Assembly: GCA_963843555.1 (NCBI GenBank) | Contig: CAWJKV010000018.1 | Coordinates: 61,381-125,380, forward strand | Direction of reading: 5' to 3' | From: an uncultured Methanosarcinales archaeon | GTDB taxonomy: Archaea; Halobacteriota; Methanosarcinia; Methanotrichales; Methanotrichaceae | DNA: 64,000 nt | Shown here: piece after piece, positions 54,038-64,000 of the stretch | Position numbering within the stretch: position 1 is the stretch's first letter | How the letters are laid out: every line of letters starts with the position of its first letter | Notes under the pieces: model-generated | Databases searched by the model: none | Told to the model about the DNA's origin: nothing | What the model saw: the letters and a program-made list of their open reading frames with translations, nothing else | Made by a program: the position numbers and the translations under genes

Positions 54038-55081
54038 ATGAAAGCCGCTGTTCTGAAGAGCCCGGGCATCCTGCAGCTGGAGGATCTGCCGAGGCCAGAG
54101 TGTCCTCCGGGCGGAGCCCTGATCAAGATCGAAGCCTGCGCGGTCTGCGGAACGGACGTCAAAATGCTGCAACAGGGCCACAAGGATCTCGCTTACCCCC
54201 GTGTCCTCGGGCACGAGATTGCGGGCAGGATAGTCGAGATAGATCAAGACTGCGGTCTCAAAGAAGGAGATCTATGCCAGGTCTGGCCGGGAATCGCCTG
54301 TGGAAGCTGCGGCCCCTGCTTGCGAGGAGCAGACAACCGCTGCAGGAGTATGAAGATTATGGGATTCAACTGCGACGGAGGCTTCGCCGAATACATGGCG
54401 ATCCCGGCGCAAAGCCTGATCAGGGGCACGAATTTGCTGCCCTTCAATATCGATCCGGCGCTCGCCTCATTGGCCGAGCCCCTGGCCTGCTGCATAAACG
54501 GCCAGGAATTGACAAGGGTCTCGAAAGGAGATGCCGTCCTGATCTACGGCGCCGGTCCCATCGGTGCTCTTCATGCTCTCCTGGCAGAACTGCAGGGTGC
54601 TGCATTGGTCATGGTGGCAGAAAAATTGCCAGGCCGCATTCGAGCGATCGAAAAGCACACTCGTGCCAGAGTGATCGACCTGTCGATGGATCAATCGGAC
54701 CGTCTGGAAAGCGTAATCAGAAGAGAAACCGGCGGAGCGGGAGTCGATGTCATCCTGACTGCCACCCCCGAGGTCAAGGTAGACGGCAGCCAAATGAGGC
54801 TGCTGGCTCCCGGCGGAAGAATCTGCATCTTCTCGGGACCACATCCGGGAAACTACGAAGAGAAGATCGATCTTCGATCAATGCATTACCACGAGCAGAT
54901 GATAGTAGGAGCTTACGGCTGCAGCAGCCGCCAGAACAGAGAGGCGGTAGAGCTTTTGACAACAGGCAGGATAAAGGCGGATTGGATCATTACCAAGAGG
55001 ACGACACTTTCCCGCATTGAGGAAGCATTCCGTCATTCATCCAGTAGATCCGGGCTGAAATCAGTTGTTCGCGGGGTTTAG
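54038..55081 (+). CDS. Zn-dependent medium-chain dehydrogenase (iditol/threonine DH-like)
   Basis: CGTD, GHE, C..C..C.......C, EPLAC, GAGPIG. Confidence 0.9.
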   Translation: MKAAVLKSPGILQLEDLPRPECPPGGALIKIEACAVCGTDVKMLQQGHKDLAYPRVLGHEIAGRIVEIDQDCGLKEGDLCQVWPGIACGSCGPCLRGADNRCRSMKIMGFNCDGGFAEYMAIPAQSLIRGTNLLPFNIDPALASLAEPLACCINGQELTRVSKGDAVLIYGAGPIGALHALLAELQGAALVMVAEKLPGRIRAIEKHTRARVIDLSMDQSDRLESVIRRETGGAGVDVILTATPEVKVDGSQMRLLAPGGRICIFSGPHPGNYEEKIDLRSMHYHEQMIVGAYGCSSRQNREAVELLTTGRIKADWIITKRTTLSRIEEAFRHSSSRSGLKSVVRGV

Positions 55082-55093
55082 GGAGACTGGAAA

Positions 55094-56206
55094 ATGGAAG
55101 AGAGTTTGAGGTATTTCGGGAGCAAGGTAGACGCGCTGATAAAAGGCCAGAGCCTGACCAGAAGTGAAGCCAATGATTTGTTCAAGCAGATCCTGAAAAA
55201 CGAGCAGCCGGACTTGCAGCAGGGTGCATTCCTGGCAGCAATAACCGCCAAAGGTGCTACCGCCCAGGAGATTGCCGGCATCTGGGAAGCGATTTACGAA
55301 ATCGACACGGTGCAGGTTCACCCTGATGTAAACGGCCCTCTGGTGGAGAACTGCGGCACTGGCATGGACACCATCAAGACCTTCAATATCAGCACCGCCG
55401 CCTCGATTGTGGCAGCCGCCGACGGCATAAACATGGCCAAGCATGGGGCCCGGGCCATAACCTCCAAATGCGGCGCAGTGGACATTCTGGAGACGCTCGG
55501 GGTCGATGTAGAATGCGATGTCAGCCTGGTTAAGAGAAGCATCGAAAAAGCCGGCATCGGCATCTTCAACGGCATGAGCGGAAAAGTGCACCCTTCTGCC
55601 CTTTACAGGATCCTATCTCAGATCAGATTTGGGACCATCCTCAACATCGCCGGATCTCTTGCCAACCCGGCGTTGCCTGTCTATGGAGTTCGGGGCGTCT
55701 ATAGCCGAGATATGGTTCTGCCGATTGCCCAGGCCATGAGAGAGATAGGCTACAAGAGAGCTTTCGTTGTCCACGGCCGGAGCGAAGACGATGCCAGGGG
55801 CATGGATGAGATCTCGACCCTCGGCCTGACTCATGTGGCAGAGTTGACCGAAGACGGAATTATCGGAGAGTATTCCATCGCCCTGAAAGATCTGGGTGTG
55901 GCAAAGGCATACGAGCCTTCCATCCTTCACCAGGGCGATAGATTTGAGGAAGCGATAAGGCTTCTCCAGGTCCTCTCAGGCGTTGATAGGGGCCATAGGA
56001 GAGATATCGTATGCTTGAACGCCGCTCCAGTGCTCTGCATCACGGATCATTCGGCAAACGTCAAAGAAGGCATGGATAAAGCTGCAGATATTATCGATAG
56101 TGGTAAACCCATAAAGAAGCTAATAGCCTGGGTGGCGGAGCAAAACAGGGATCCGAGTTTGGCCCTGGAGAAACTGGAAGAGATGATCGCACTGGCAGTC
56201 AGCTAA
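55094..56206 (+). CDS. Anthranilate phosphoribosyltransferase-like protein (divergent TrpD paralog)
   Basis: CGTGMD..TFNIST, AKHGAR, D.LE.LG, GMDEIS. Confidence 0.85.
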   Translation: MEESLRYFGSKVDALIKGQSLTRSEANDLFKQILKNEQPDLQQGAFLAAITAKGATAQEIAGIWEAIYEIDTVQVHPDVNGPLVENCGTGMDTIKTFNISTAASIVAAADGINMAKHGARAITSKCGAVDILETLGVDVECDVSLVKRSIEKAGIGIFNGMSGKVHPSALYRILSQIRFGTILNIAGSLANPALPVYGVRGVYSRDMVLPIAQAMREIGYKRAFVVHGRSEDDARGMDEISTLGLTHVAELTEDGIIGEYSIALKDLGVAKAYEPSILHQGDRFEEAIRLLQVLSGVDRGHRRDIVCLNAAPVLCITDHSANVKEGMDKAADIIDSGKPIKKLIAWVAEQNRDPSLALEKLEEMIALAVS

Positions 56207-56216
56207 ATTTGCTTTC

Positions 56217-56240
56217 CCGCGCTTCGAGGCGGTTTTTTTC
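56217..56240 (+). terminator. Hairpin + T-run after cobT operon
   Basis: ccgc-gcttcgag-gcgg followed by T-run. Confidence 0.5.
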
Positions 56241-56409
56241 GCCAACACAGACCCAACTTTTTGGCTGACTATCGTTGGCAAGCTCTTTTTCTGCCTGCAT
56301 TTGGGCTTACTTGGACGTAATACAGTCTTCCGGAGCCAAACCTATTCGAAACTTAATAAAGACTTAATAAGCGTTACTCATATCTATCAGAAAAGCCAGG
56401 AGTCTTCTG

Positions 56410-57498
56410 GTGCGATATAGAGATTCCGATCTGGGTGGATGGTGCTCGGAGCACAAATGGATATTGATTCTAGCCCTGGCTGCAGTGCTCATGATAGTCT
56501 ATTTCATCTTTCCTTTCCTGGACGGCATCATCCTCGGCACGGTCTTCGCTTATGTTGGCAGACCCATCCGGGATAAATTCGGATCACATCGAAGACTGGG
56601 GTCACTGGTAGCCGCCATCTGCATTATCGTCCCTATATTTCTTATCCTGGGGCTGGGAACTCTTGAACTCGCCAACCAGATCGCAATTCTGGCCCGCAGT
56701 CAGGAGGCAATGAGATCAGGGCTGGGCATCCTGATGCAGCAGACAGCAATAGATCTACCTTCATGGATGAGGGATTTGTTGACCGCCGGCCTGGAGAATG
56801 CCGCGGGCTTAATCACCCCCTTTGCCTCATCAATCCCAGTCATTCAAATTGGAAGAACGTTTTTTTTGGGATTAATGAACTTCCTCATCTCGATCCCTAT
56901 CTGCTACTTTGTGCTGATGGATGGCAAAGGGTTTGTGGAGGCGATAATATCTCTGCTTCCGGATGAAGAGATGAAAGCCTATAGAAAGTACATAGATCGC
57001 ATCGATCGGATCCTGAGCGGGATCTACATAGGCACAATCTATACTTCAATCGTGGGCAGTTTAATCGCAGCTTTCATATTCTATGCCTTTGGATTGCCCA
57101 GGCCTTTTGCCCTGGCAAGCATAGTCTTCGTGGCCGGTATGGTCCCCGTTCTCACGTCCTGGATGGTTATCATCCCTGTGACCGCGTACAGGTATTTCAC
57201 AGAGGGGTTAGGGGAAGCATTAACCTTCTTTGTGCTGGCTTCAGCTCTCATCTTCCTACCTTCAGAGCTGCTCATCAGGCCGTATCTGGTCTCAGCCAAA
57301 TCCTCTTTGCATCCTTTGCTGGTGTTGCTCTCCTTTTTGGGAGGCGCCCTCGTGGCAGGTATAGGCGGCTTCTTCCTGGCCCCTGCGATCATGGGGGTAA
57401 TAGTAGGAATCTATCAGGTGAGAAAGGAAGAGATAGCGGAGGCCAAATATGGGAAAAGCATGGTGAAAAGCAGCAAAGATCCGCAAGCCAATAAGTAG
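56410..57498 (+). CDS. AI-2E family transporter (UPF0118)
   Basis: Multi-TM; AY...P, L.DG, RPYL.....LHP......GG....G..G..LAP. Confidence 0.9.
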   Translation: MRYRDSDLGGWCSEHKWILILALAAVLMIVYFIFPFLDGIILGTVFAYVGRPIRDKFGSHRRLGSLVAAICIIVPIFLILGLGTLELANQIAILARSQEAMRSGLGILMQQTAIDLPSWMRDLLTAGLENAAGLITPFASSIPVIQIGRTFFLGLMNFLISIPICYFVLMDGKGFVEAIISLLPDEEMKAYRKYIDRIDRILSGIYIGTIYTSIVGSLIAAFIFYAFGLPRPFALASIVFVAGMVPVLTSWMVIIPVTAYRYFTEGLGEALTFFVLASALIFLPSELLIRPYLVSAKSSLHPLLVLLSFLGGALVAGIGGFFLAPAIMGVIVGIYQVRKEEIAEAKYGKSMVKSSKDPQANK

Positions 57499-57512
57499 AG
57501 TCGAGTTCTAGC

Positions 57513-58804
57513 ATGAAATTCCATATTGAGACTTACGGCTGCACCGCGAACTTCGGTAACTCGCAGGATACGTCCGAGGCTCTGCAAAAGTTGGGCCATA
57601 TCCCAGCACCACTGAATGATGCGGATGTTGTAATAGTGAATACCTGCATAGTAACAGAAAGGACGGAGCGAAAGATCCAAAAGAGGCTTCAATTGTTACA
57701 GGGTGAGAGACTGGTGGTAGCGGGATGCCTGCCTGCCGCGCTGCCTGAATCGATCAGCCAGATAAGACTGCCGTGAGCGGCTGGGACCGCTAAACGGATC
57801 TGCGGCCGCAAAGATCTCAGATCTCTTTGGGGATTCGCTTTCCCTCTCTCATGCCGTCAGGCAATTAGCTCCTTCTTCCATGGTCTCTTCACCTGTTACT
57901 TCCGCCGTCCGTTCCCCTGCCCCGGATCTCTGCGGCATTGTCAATGTGGCTGAAGGATGCAACGGAGGCTGCAGCTACTGCATAGTTCGAAAGGCCCGGG
58001 GCAGGCTGGTCAGCCGCAAGCCCGATGAAGTGATAAAGGACGTGGAAAGGCTGGCTGCCAGGGGGATGGTGGAAGTGCAGATCTCCGCCCAGGATACGGC
58101 GGCATACGGATCGGACCAGGGAACAAATCTGGCGGAACTTGCTGGAGAGGTTGGTTCAGGTACCGGGAAATTTCAAGTTGCGAGTGGGCATGATGAACCC
58201 CAATAGCGCTCTATGCATCCAGGAGGAGCTGATAAGAGCATTTTGTAGCCCGAAAATCTACCGATTTTTGCATATCCCGGTCCAATCGGGATCGGACAGA
58301 ATTCTCAAGAGCATGGGCAGGAGATATTCGGCAAAGGATTTTATGGAAATTGTGGATGCCTTTCGATCTGCTTATCCAGAGATCACAATAATCACAGATA
58401 TTATTGTAGGATTTCCGGGTGAAACGGACCTGGATTTTATTGCGACCATGGATCTCATGGAGTCCCTGCAGCCGGATAAGATCAATATCACCAGATTCTC
58501 CCGGCGGCCGGGCACGGCGGCTGCCCTTCTTTATGACATGCCTGACCGCATCAAGAAGGATAGATCGAGAGAGCTGACCCGGCTCTGGCTGGAGATAGCC
58601 GCCAGGAGGAACCAGGGATATTTGGACAGGGTTCTGGATGCTGTGGTCACCGAGTGCGGCAGGAGAGGTACCATGAAGGCCAGGGCTGGCAACTATCTGG
58701 GAATAGTAGTCGAGGGCATTCCTCCACTCGGATCCTCCATTAGAGCTAAGGTAATGGGATCAAACCCATTCTTTATATCGGCACGAGCAGCCCCCCCCGC
58801 TTAA
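57513..58804 (+). CDS. tRNA methylthiotransferase (MiaB-like, archaeal e-MtaB type); frameshifts ~57770 and ~58140
   Basis: TYGC..N, VNTC.V, GC, EGC.G.CSYC, RVGMMNP, LHIPVQSGSD, DIIVGFPGE. Confidence 0.88.
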
Positions 58805-59132
58805 TCGCGACTGGGTTCTTCGCATTGAGTATATTAATGCAAAATATAGAAAAAATTCAATAAATTTTTTATGGATATTCGATTACCGTAGAAGGCTAGC
58901 CAAAATACGTAGGCTTCGATTAAGATTGAACTCTCCTGCATTTTTAATATTGATTTTTTATAAGGTTCTGCATACCACTAAGCTTATTAATAATGAAAAT
59001 TATCAACCATGATGATGTTCCTGAGTCCTCCCCTGTGTGTAGGGCCCAGTCCTTAATCTATTAGCCACAAAGACCTGCATAAATGACAGGAGAAGGGAAT
59101 CTGGAAACATCATTTCATGAAGGAGGATTAAA

Positions 59133-61088
59133 ATGGCTGAGCAAAAAGCAACGGCAAAAACATCAGTTCTATATGAGGAGACAAGAGTATTCGAGCCGCC
59201 CAGGGAACTGGCAGAGAACTCAAATGTCATGAAGTGGATGAAAGAGAAGGGATTCAAGACAGAGAGGGAGATGCGCCTATGGTGCTCTGCCAACTACATC
59301 CAGTTCTGGGGCGAGATGGCCAAAACCTATGCCGATTGGTTTGAGCCGTGGTCTTCGACCCTGGAATGGAAACCGCCCTATGCCAAGTGGTTCCTGGGAG
59401 GCAAGTGCAATGTGGCCTACAACTCAGTAGACAGGCACGCCAAGGGAGCGAAAAAAGACAAGGTAGCTTACATATTCGTCCCTGAGCCCACAGACCAGCC
59501 CACCCAGAAGATCACCTATGGAGATCTCTATAAAGAGGTCAACAAATTCGCCAACGGCCTGAAGAGCCTGGGAGTGCAGAAGGGAGACAGAGTCATGTTG
59601 TACATGCCTATGATACCTCAACTACCCATAGCAATGCTCGCCATCGCCAAGATCGGCGCCATTCACTGCATTGTGTTCTCCGGATTTTCTTCGGGTGGGC
59701 TAAACAGCAGGATCCTGGATGCAGAGGCCAAAGCTGTGATAACCACAGATGGTTTATACAGGCGCGGAAAGCCCATCCCCCTCAAACCCAATGTGGATGA
59801 AGCTACAGCCAATACTCCCTCGGTGAAGAACGTAATAGTGGTAAAGAGGACCGGCATTGAAGTCCCCATGAAGCAGGGCAGAGACGTCTACTGGCACGAT
59901 CTGGTGGCCGGGAAGTCCGACGAATGCGAATGTGAGAAGATGGACTCTGAGGATAGGCTGTTCATCCTTTACACCTCCGGCACAACCGGCAAGCCCAAGG
60001 GCATAGAGCATGTACATGGCGGCTACTGCGTTGGACCGGCTCAGACTTTGCACTGGGTCTTCGACATCAAGGACAATGATGTCTGGTGGTGCACAGCAGA
60101 TATCGGATGGATCACGGGCCACTCCTACATAGTATATGGACCACTCGTCTTAGGTGCGACAAGCATGATGTATGAGGGCGCTCCCGACTTTCCGGACTTT
60201 GGTCGGTGGTTCAAGATCATCCAGGACAACAAGGTCTCCGTATTCTACACCGCACCGACGGCCATCAGGATGTTCATGAAGGCCGGCGAGAAATGGGCTA
60301 AGGATTACGATATCTCCAGCATAAGGCTGCTCGGATCTGTGGGCGAACCCATCAATCCTGAGGCCTGGATGTGGTACAGAAAGCACTTCGGCGGCGACAA
60401 ATGCCAGATCATGGACACCTGGTGGCAGACTGAGACTGGCACCTTCCTGGTGTCACCTCTGCCCATCACGCCGCTGAAGCCCGGTTCTGCGACCTTCCCG
60501 CTGCCTGGGTTCAACATCGATATCCTGGACGAGGATGCCAACCCCGTGGCACCAGGCACAGGAGGCAACATCGTCAGCAATACCCCCTGGCCGTCCATGC
60601 TCAGGGCCTTCTACAAAGATACGGAGAGGTACCAGAAGGAGTACTGGTCCACCTACTGGGAGATCAGACCCGGCACATACCTGGCTGGAGACAAAGCCAC
60701 AAAGGACAAGGATGGATACTTCACCATCCAGGGCAGGATCGATGATGTGCTGAAGGTAGCCGGACACAGGCTCTCCAACGCCGAGGTCGAGTCAGCTTTA
60801 GTCTCTCACCCCAAGGTTGGCGAGGCAGCGGTCATCGGCAAACCGGACGAAGTCAAAGGCGAGGTAATCGTGGCCTTCGTCTCTCTCAGAACAGGAAACG
60901 AGGAGAGCGATGAGCTGAAGAAGGAACTGACCAAGCATGTGAGGACGGTCCTGGGACCGGTAGCCAGTCCTGAGGCGATTTACTTCGTCAAGGACGTGCC
61001 CAAGACAAGGAGCGGAAAGATCATGCGCCGCGTCATCAAGGCCAAAGCTATGGGACTACCCACAGGAGGATATATCTGCTCTTGCTAA
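59133..61088 (+). CDS. acs: AMP-forming acetyl-CoA synthetase, copy 1; C-terminal frameshift ~61068
   Basis: [43 protein letters not shown] continues in shifted frame. Confidence 0.95.
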   Translation: MAEQKATAKTSVLYEETRVFEPPRELAENSNVMKWMKEKGFKTEREMRLWCSANYIQFWGEMAKTYADWFEPWSSTLEWKPPYAKWFLGGKCNVAYNSVDRHAKGAKKDKVAYIFVPEPTDQPTQKITYGDLYKEVNKFANGLKSLGVQKGDRVMLYMPMIPQLPIAMLAIAKIGAIHCIVFSGFSSGGLNSRILDAEAKAVITTDGLYRRGKPIPLKPNVDEATANTPSVKNVIVVKRTGIEVPMKQGRDVYWHDLVAGKSDECECEKMDSEDRLFILYTSGTTGKPKGIEHVHGGYCVGPAQTLHWVFDIKDNDVWWCTADIGWITGHSYIVYGPLVLGATSMMYEGAPDFPDFGRWFKIIQDNKVSVFYTAPTAIRMFMKAGEKWAKDYDISSIRLLGSVGEPINPEAWMWYRKHFGGDKCQIMDTWWQTETGTFLVSPLPITPLKPGSATFPLPGFNIDILDEDANPVAPGTGGNIVSNTPWPSMLRAFYKDTERYQKEYWSTYWEIRPGTYLAGDKATKDKDGYFTIQGRIDDVLKVAGHRLSNAEVESALVSHPKVGEAAVIGKPDEVKGEVIVAFVSLRTGNEESDELKKELTKHVRTVLGPVASPEAIYFVKDVPKTRSGKIMRRVIKAKAMGLPTGGYICSC

Positions 61089-61652
61089 GCCTCGATGCAG
61101 TATTTTAAATTGCCATACCGATCTCTAAATCATAGGTTGTTGAAGCGGACACAGTCGTGTTTCTGCTTATGCGGCTCTCGCGCTTCTGCGGCGGCCCTGG
61201 GCCGGGGCGCGAATCACGAAGATGAGAATAAGCGCATCCATCTTGCCGAGTGCTTTCTCCAATCCTGATTTTCTGGCGGGCTGATCGGCTGCAAAGATCG
61301 CTATTGCTGAGAAGAAAATAGAATCGTATTGAAATTTAGCTCCATTTTCCCATTAACCGCGAGGTCTTTTGTCATTGATTGTAAAACCTGCGATTATTAG
61401 ACGAACTTTTCCGTACATAATAACGATTATATTTATCTTTGAAGAAGGCAGTTGCCTCGACAACTTTATAAACGAAAGAATATGTTGATTATCGATCGCT
61501 ACAGTATTCCCGGAAAACTCTCATTGTTAAACTTTTCGGTATTGGAGGAGAGGGGAAGAGCCGTGCCGGATGGCTTCCCCGAGGCCGTGGGCAAGCATTC
61601 GGGCAGATAAGAGAGAGTCGGTAATTGTAGGGATTTAAAGGAGGTTACAAAA

Positions 61653-63638
61653 TTGGCTGAGCAAAAAGCAACAACGTCTGTCCTTTATGAGGAGACGAGA
61701 GTATTTGAGCCGTCTGCAGATCTCGTTGAGAAATCCAATGTCATGGCGTGGATGAAGAAGAAGGGATTCAAAACCGAACGTGAGATGCGCGCCTGGACCG
61801 GCCAGAATTATTTGCAGTTCTGGGATGAGATGGCCAAGACCTATGCCGACTGGTTCGAGCCCTATGCCCAGGTTCTCAATTGGGTGCCGCCCTACGCCAA
61901 GTGGTTCGTGGGCGGCAAGTGCAACGTGGCCTACAATGCCGTGGACAGGCATGCAGCAGGCGCTAAAAAGGACAAGGTAGCCTACATATTTGTCCCCGAG
62001 CCCGTTGATCAGCCCACCCAGAAGATCACCTATGCAGAACTGGCCAAGAGGGTCAACAAGTTTGCAAACGGCCTCAAGAGCTTAGGAGTTGTCAAGGGCG
62101 ATAGAGTTAGCATCTATATGCCCATGATCCCCGAGACCCCTATTGCCATGCTCGCCTGCGCTAAGATCGGCGCCATACACAGCGTGGTATTCTCTGGATT
62201 CTCCTCTGGCGGCCTGAACAGCAGAGTTCTCGATGCTGAGTCCAAGGTAGTTATTACCACGGACGGTTTCTTCAGGCGCGGCAAGCCGCTGCCCCTCAAG
62301 CCCAACGTGGATGAGGCTACCGCCAACACCCCAAGCGTCACAAACGTAGTAGTGGTGAAGAGGGCGGGTATTGAGGTACCCATGAAAGCTGGCAGAGATG
62401 TCTGGTACCATGACCTGGTAGCCAAGCAGTCCGATGTGTGCGAGAGCGAGAAGATGGACGGCGAGGATCGTCTCTTCATTCTGTACACTTCCGGCACAAC
62501 CGGCAAGCCCAAGGGTATCGAGCACGTTCATGGTGGCTACTGCGTAACTCCCGCTCAGACGCTTTCCTGGGTCTTCGATATCAAAGAAACTGATGTCTGG
62601 TGGTGCACAGCTGATGTTGGATGGATCACAGGCCACAGCTACGTGGTCTACGGACCACTCTGCCTCGGTGCTACGACCATGATCTACGAGGGTTCCCCTG
62701 ACTATCCCGACTTCAGCAGGTGGTTCAAGATCATCAGTGAAAATAAGGTGTCAATACTATACACCGCACCCACTGCTGTGAGAATGTTCATGAAGGCAGG
62801 AGATCAGTGGCCTAAGATGTTCGACATCTCATGCCTGAGGCTGCTTGGATCAGTCGGCGAGCCCATCAATCCCGAAGCCTGGATGTGGTACAGAAACAAC
62901 TTCGGTGGCGGCAAGCTGCAGATCATGGATACCTGGTGGCAAACTGAGACCGGGTGCTTCCTGATATCACCTCTGCCCATCACGCCCTTGAAGCCCGGAT
63001 CCCCGACATTCCCGCTGCCCGGATTCAACATCGATATCCTGGATGAGGATGCCAACCCCGTGCCAGCAGGCTCCGGAGGCAATATCGTCAGCAATACACC
63101 CTGGCCGTCCATGCTGCGTGCCTTCTACAAAGACACAGTGAGGTACCAGAAGGAGTACTGGGACATGTACTGGCAGATCAGGCCCGGCACATACCTGGCT
63201 GGCGACAAGGCCACCAAGGACAAGGATGGATATATCACCATCCAGGGCAGGATAGATGATGTGCTCAAGGTAGCTGGACACAGGCTCTCCAACGCTGAGG
63301 TTGAGTCCGCACTTGTCGGCCATCCCAAGGTGGCTGAAGCCGCTGTCATCGGCAAGCCCGACGAAGTCAAGGGTGAGGTCATCGTGGCCTTCGTTACCCT
63401 TAGAACAGGAAACCAGGAGAGCGATGATCTGAAGAAAGAGCTGGTTAAGCATGTGAGATCAGTTCTGGGACCAGTAGCCAGCCCAGAAGCGATCTACTTC
63501 GTCAACGACGTGCCCAAGACGAGGAGCGGCAAGATCATGCGCCGCGTCATCAAGGCCAAGGCCCTGGGCAATCCCACCGGCGACATCTCCGCCCTGGCCA
63601 ACCCCGATGCAGTAGAGGCCATTCCGCTCATCAAGTGA
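61653..63638 (+). CDS. acs: AMP-forming acetyl-CoA synthetase, copy 2
   Basis: Same motifs, intact [10 protein letters not shown]-terminus; TTG start after GGAGG. Confidence 0.96.
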   Translation: MAEQKATTSVLYEETRVFEPSADLVEKSNVMAWMKKKGFKTEREMRAWTGQNYLQFWDEMAKTYADWFEPYAQVLNWVPPYAKWFVGGKCNVAYNAVDRHAAGAKKDKVAYIFVPEPVDQPTQKITYAELAKRVNKFANGLKSLGVVKGDRVSIYMPMIPETPIAMLACAKIGAIHSVVFSGFSSGGLNSRVLDAESKVVITTDGFFRRGKPLPLKPNVDEATANTPSVTNVVVVKRAGIEVPMKAGRDVWYHDLVAKQSDVCESEKMDGEDRLFILYTSGTTGKPKGIEHVHGGYCVTPAQTLSWVFDIKETDVWWCTADVGWITGHSYVVYGPLCLGATTMIYEGSPDYPDFSRWFKIISENKVSILYTAPTAVRMFMKAGDQWPKMFDISCLRLLGSVGEPINPEAWMWYRNNFGGGKLQIMDTWWQTETGCFLISPLPITPLKPGSPTFPLPGFNIDILDEDANPVPAGSGGNIVSNTPWPSMLRAFYKDTVRYQKEYWDMYWQIRPGTYLAGDKATKDKDGYITIQGRIDDVLKVAGHRLSNAEVESALVGHPKVAEAAVIGKPDEVKGEVIVAFVTLRTGNQESDDLKKELVKHVRSVLGPVASPEAIYFVNDVPKTRSGKIMRRVIKAKALGNPTGDISALANPDAVEAIPLIK

Positions 63639-63649
63639 GCGGACACTAA

Positions 63650-63672
63650 ACTTTTTTAATTCTTTTTTGTTC
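63650..63672 (+). terminator. Archaeal oligo-T terminator after acs copy 2
   Basis: cttttttaattcttttttgttc directly after stop. Confidence 0.55.
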
Positions 63673-64000
63673 TCAAAATCACCTTTCCAATGGCCTCTAC
63701 CTGCTCAGTCTCTCAAGGATATCGATTCATTTCCATAATGAATAATTGAATGGGAAAAAAATTTTAAAATAATCATTTAAAGATATTAATCCAGATATTT
63801 TAACCAATTATATCTCAAATTCTTCTAATATTGCTTTTCATCATGGCCAGAAGTTCCTCAATTATCCAATACTTTTAGGTTAATTGTAATAAATCATTAT
63901 AATCAACATTTATGATATTATTATCGCGATAACTTTATAAATGATCAAGTAGGTCTCGATTCGATGTTCCCTGGCCCCTATAGCGCAGGAAAATATGCCG

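Noticed and set aside
54100..55020. 306-aa alternative-frame ORF
   Set aside because: Arg/Pro-rich off-frame product within the GC-rich dehydrogenase gene.

Overview
Archaeal chromosomal window, most likely from an acetoclastic methanogen of the genus Methanothrix (Methanosaeta). This is inferred from tandem AMP-forming acetyl-CoA synthetases, gatD, cofE/cofC, PAN-aMBF1, AMP phosphorylase, SRP54 and archaeal CobT. Housekeeping blocks (1-6.2 kb, 29-40 kb, 53-64 kb) alternate with accessory regions. The ~6.2-28 kb region holds secreted/membrane hypotheticals, a HEAT-repeat protein, a complete-order but heavily disrupted bacterial-type N-ATPase operon (atpDCQRBEFAG), a holin-like/phosphodiesterase fusion and an orphan sulfatase maturase. 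The ~40-53 kb region holds a WD40 remnant, a minimal trypsin-like protease, and an FNR-like reductase next to a membrane-anchored protein with four type-1 copper sites. Many genes, including essential ones, carry single-base (mostly +1) indels, so most frameshifts are probably sequencing/assembly errors. Best leads: (i) the FNR + 4TM-tetracupredoxin module, a possible transmembrane electron conduit; (ii) a cobT-Zn-dehydrogenase-divergent TrpD operon preceded by a GC-rich structured leader; (iii) the N-ATPase with a variant c-subunit ion-binding motif; (iv) a decayed tandem duplication of cofE-cofC-secreted gene; (v) an unannotated 56-aa Lys-rich ORF. No rRNA, tRNA, CRISPR array or transposase was recognised. 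All family calls come from visual motif recognition, not database searches.
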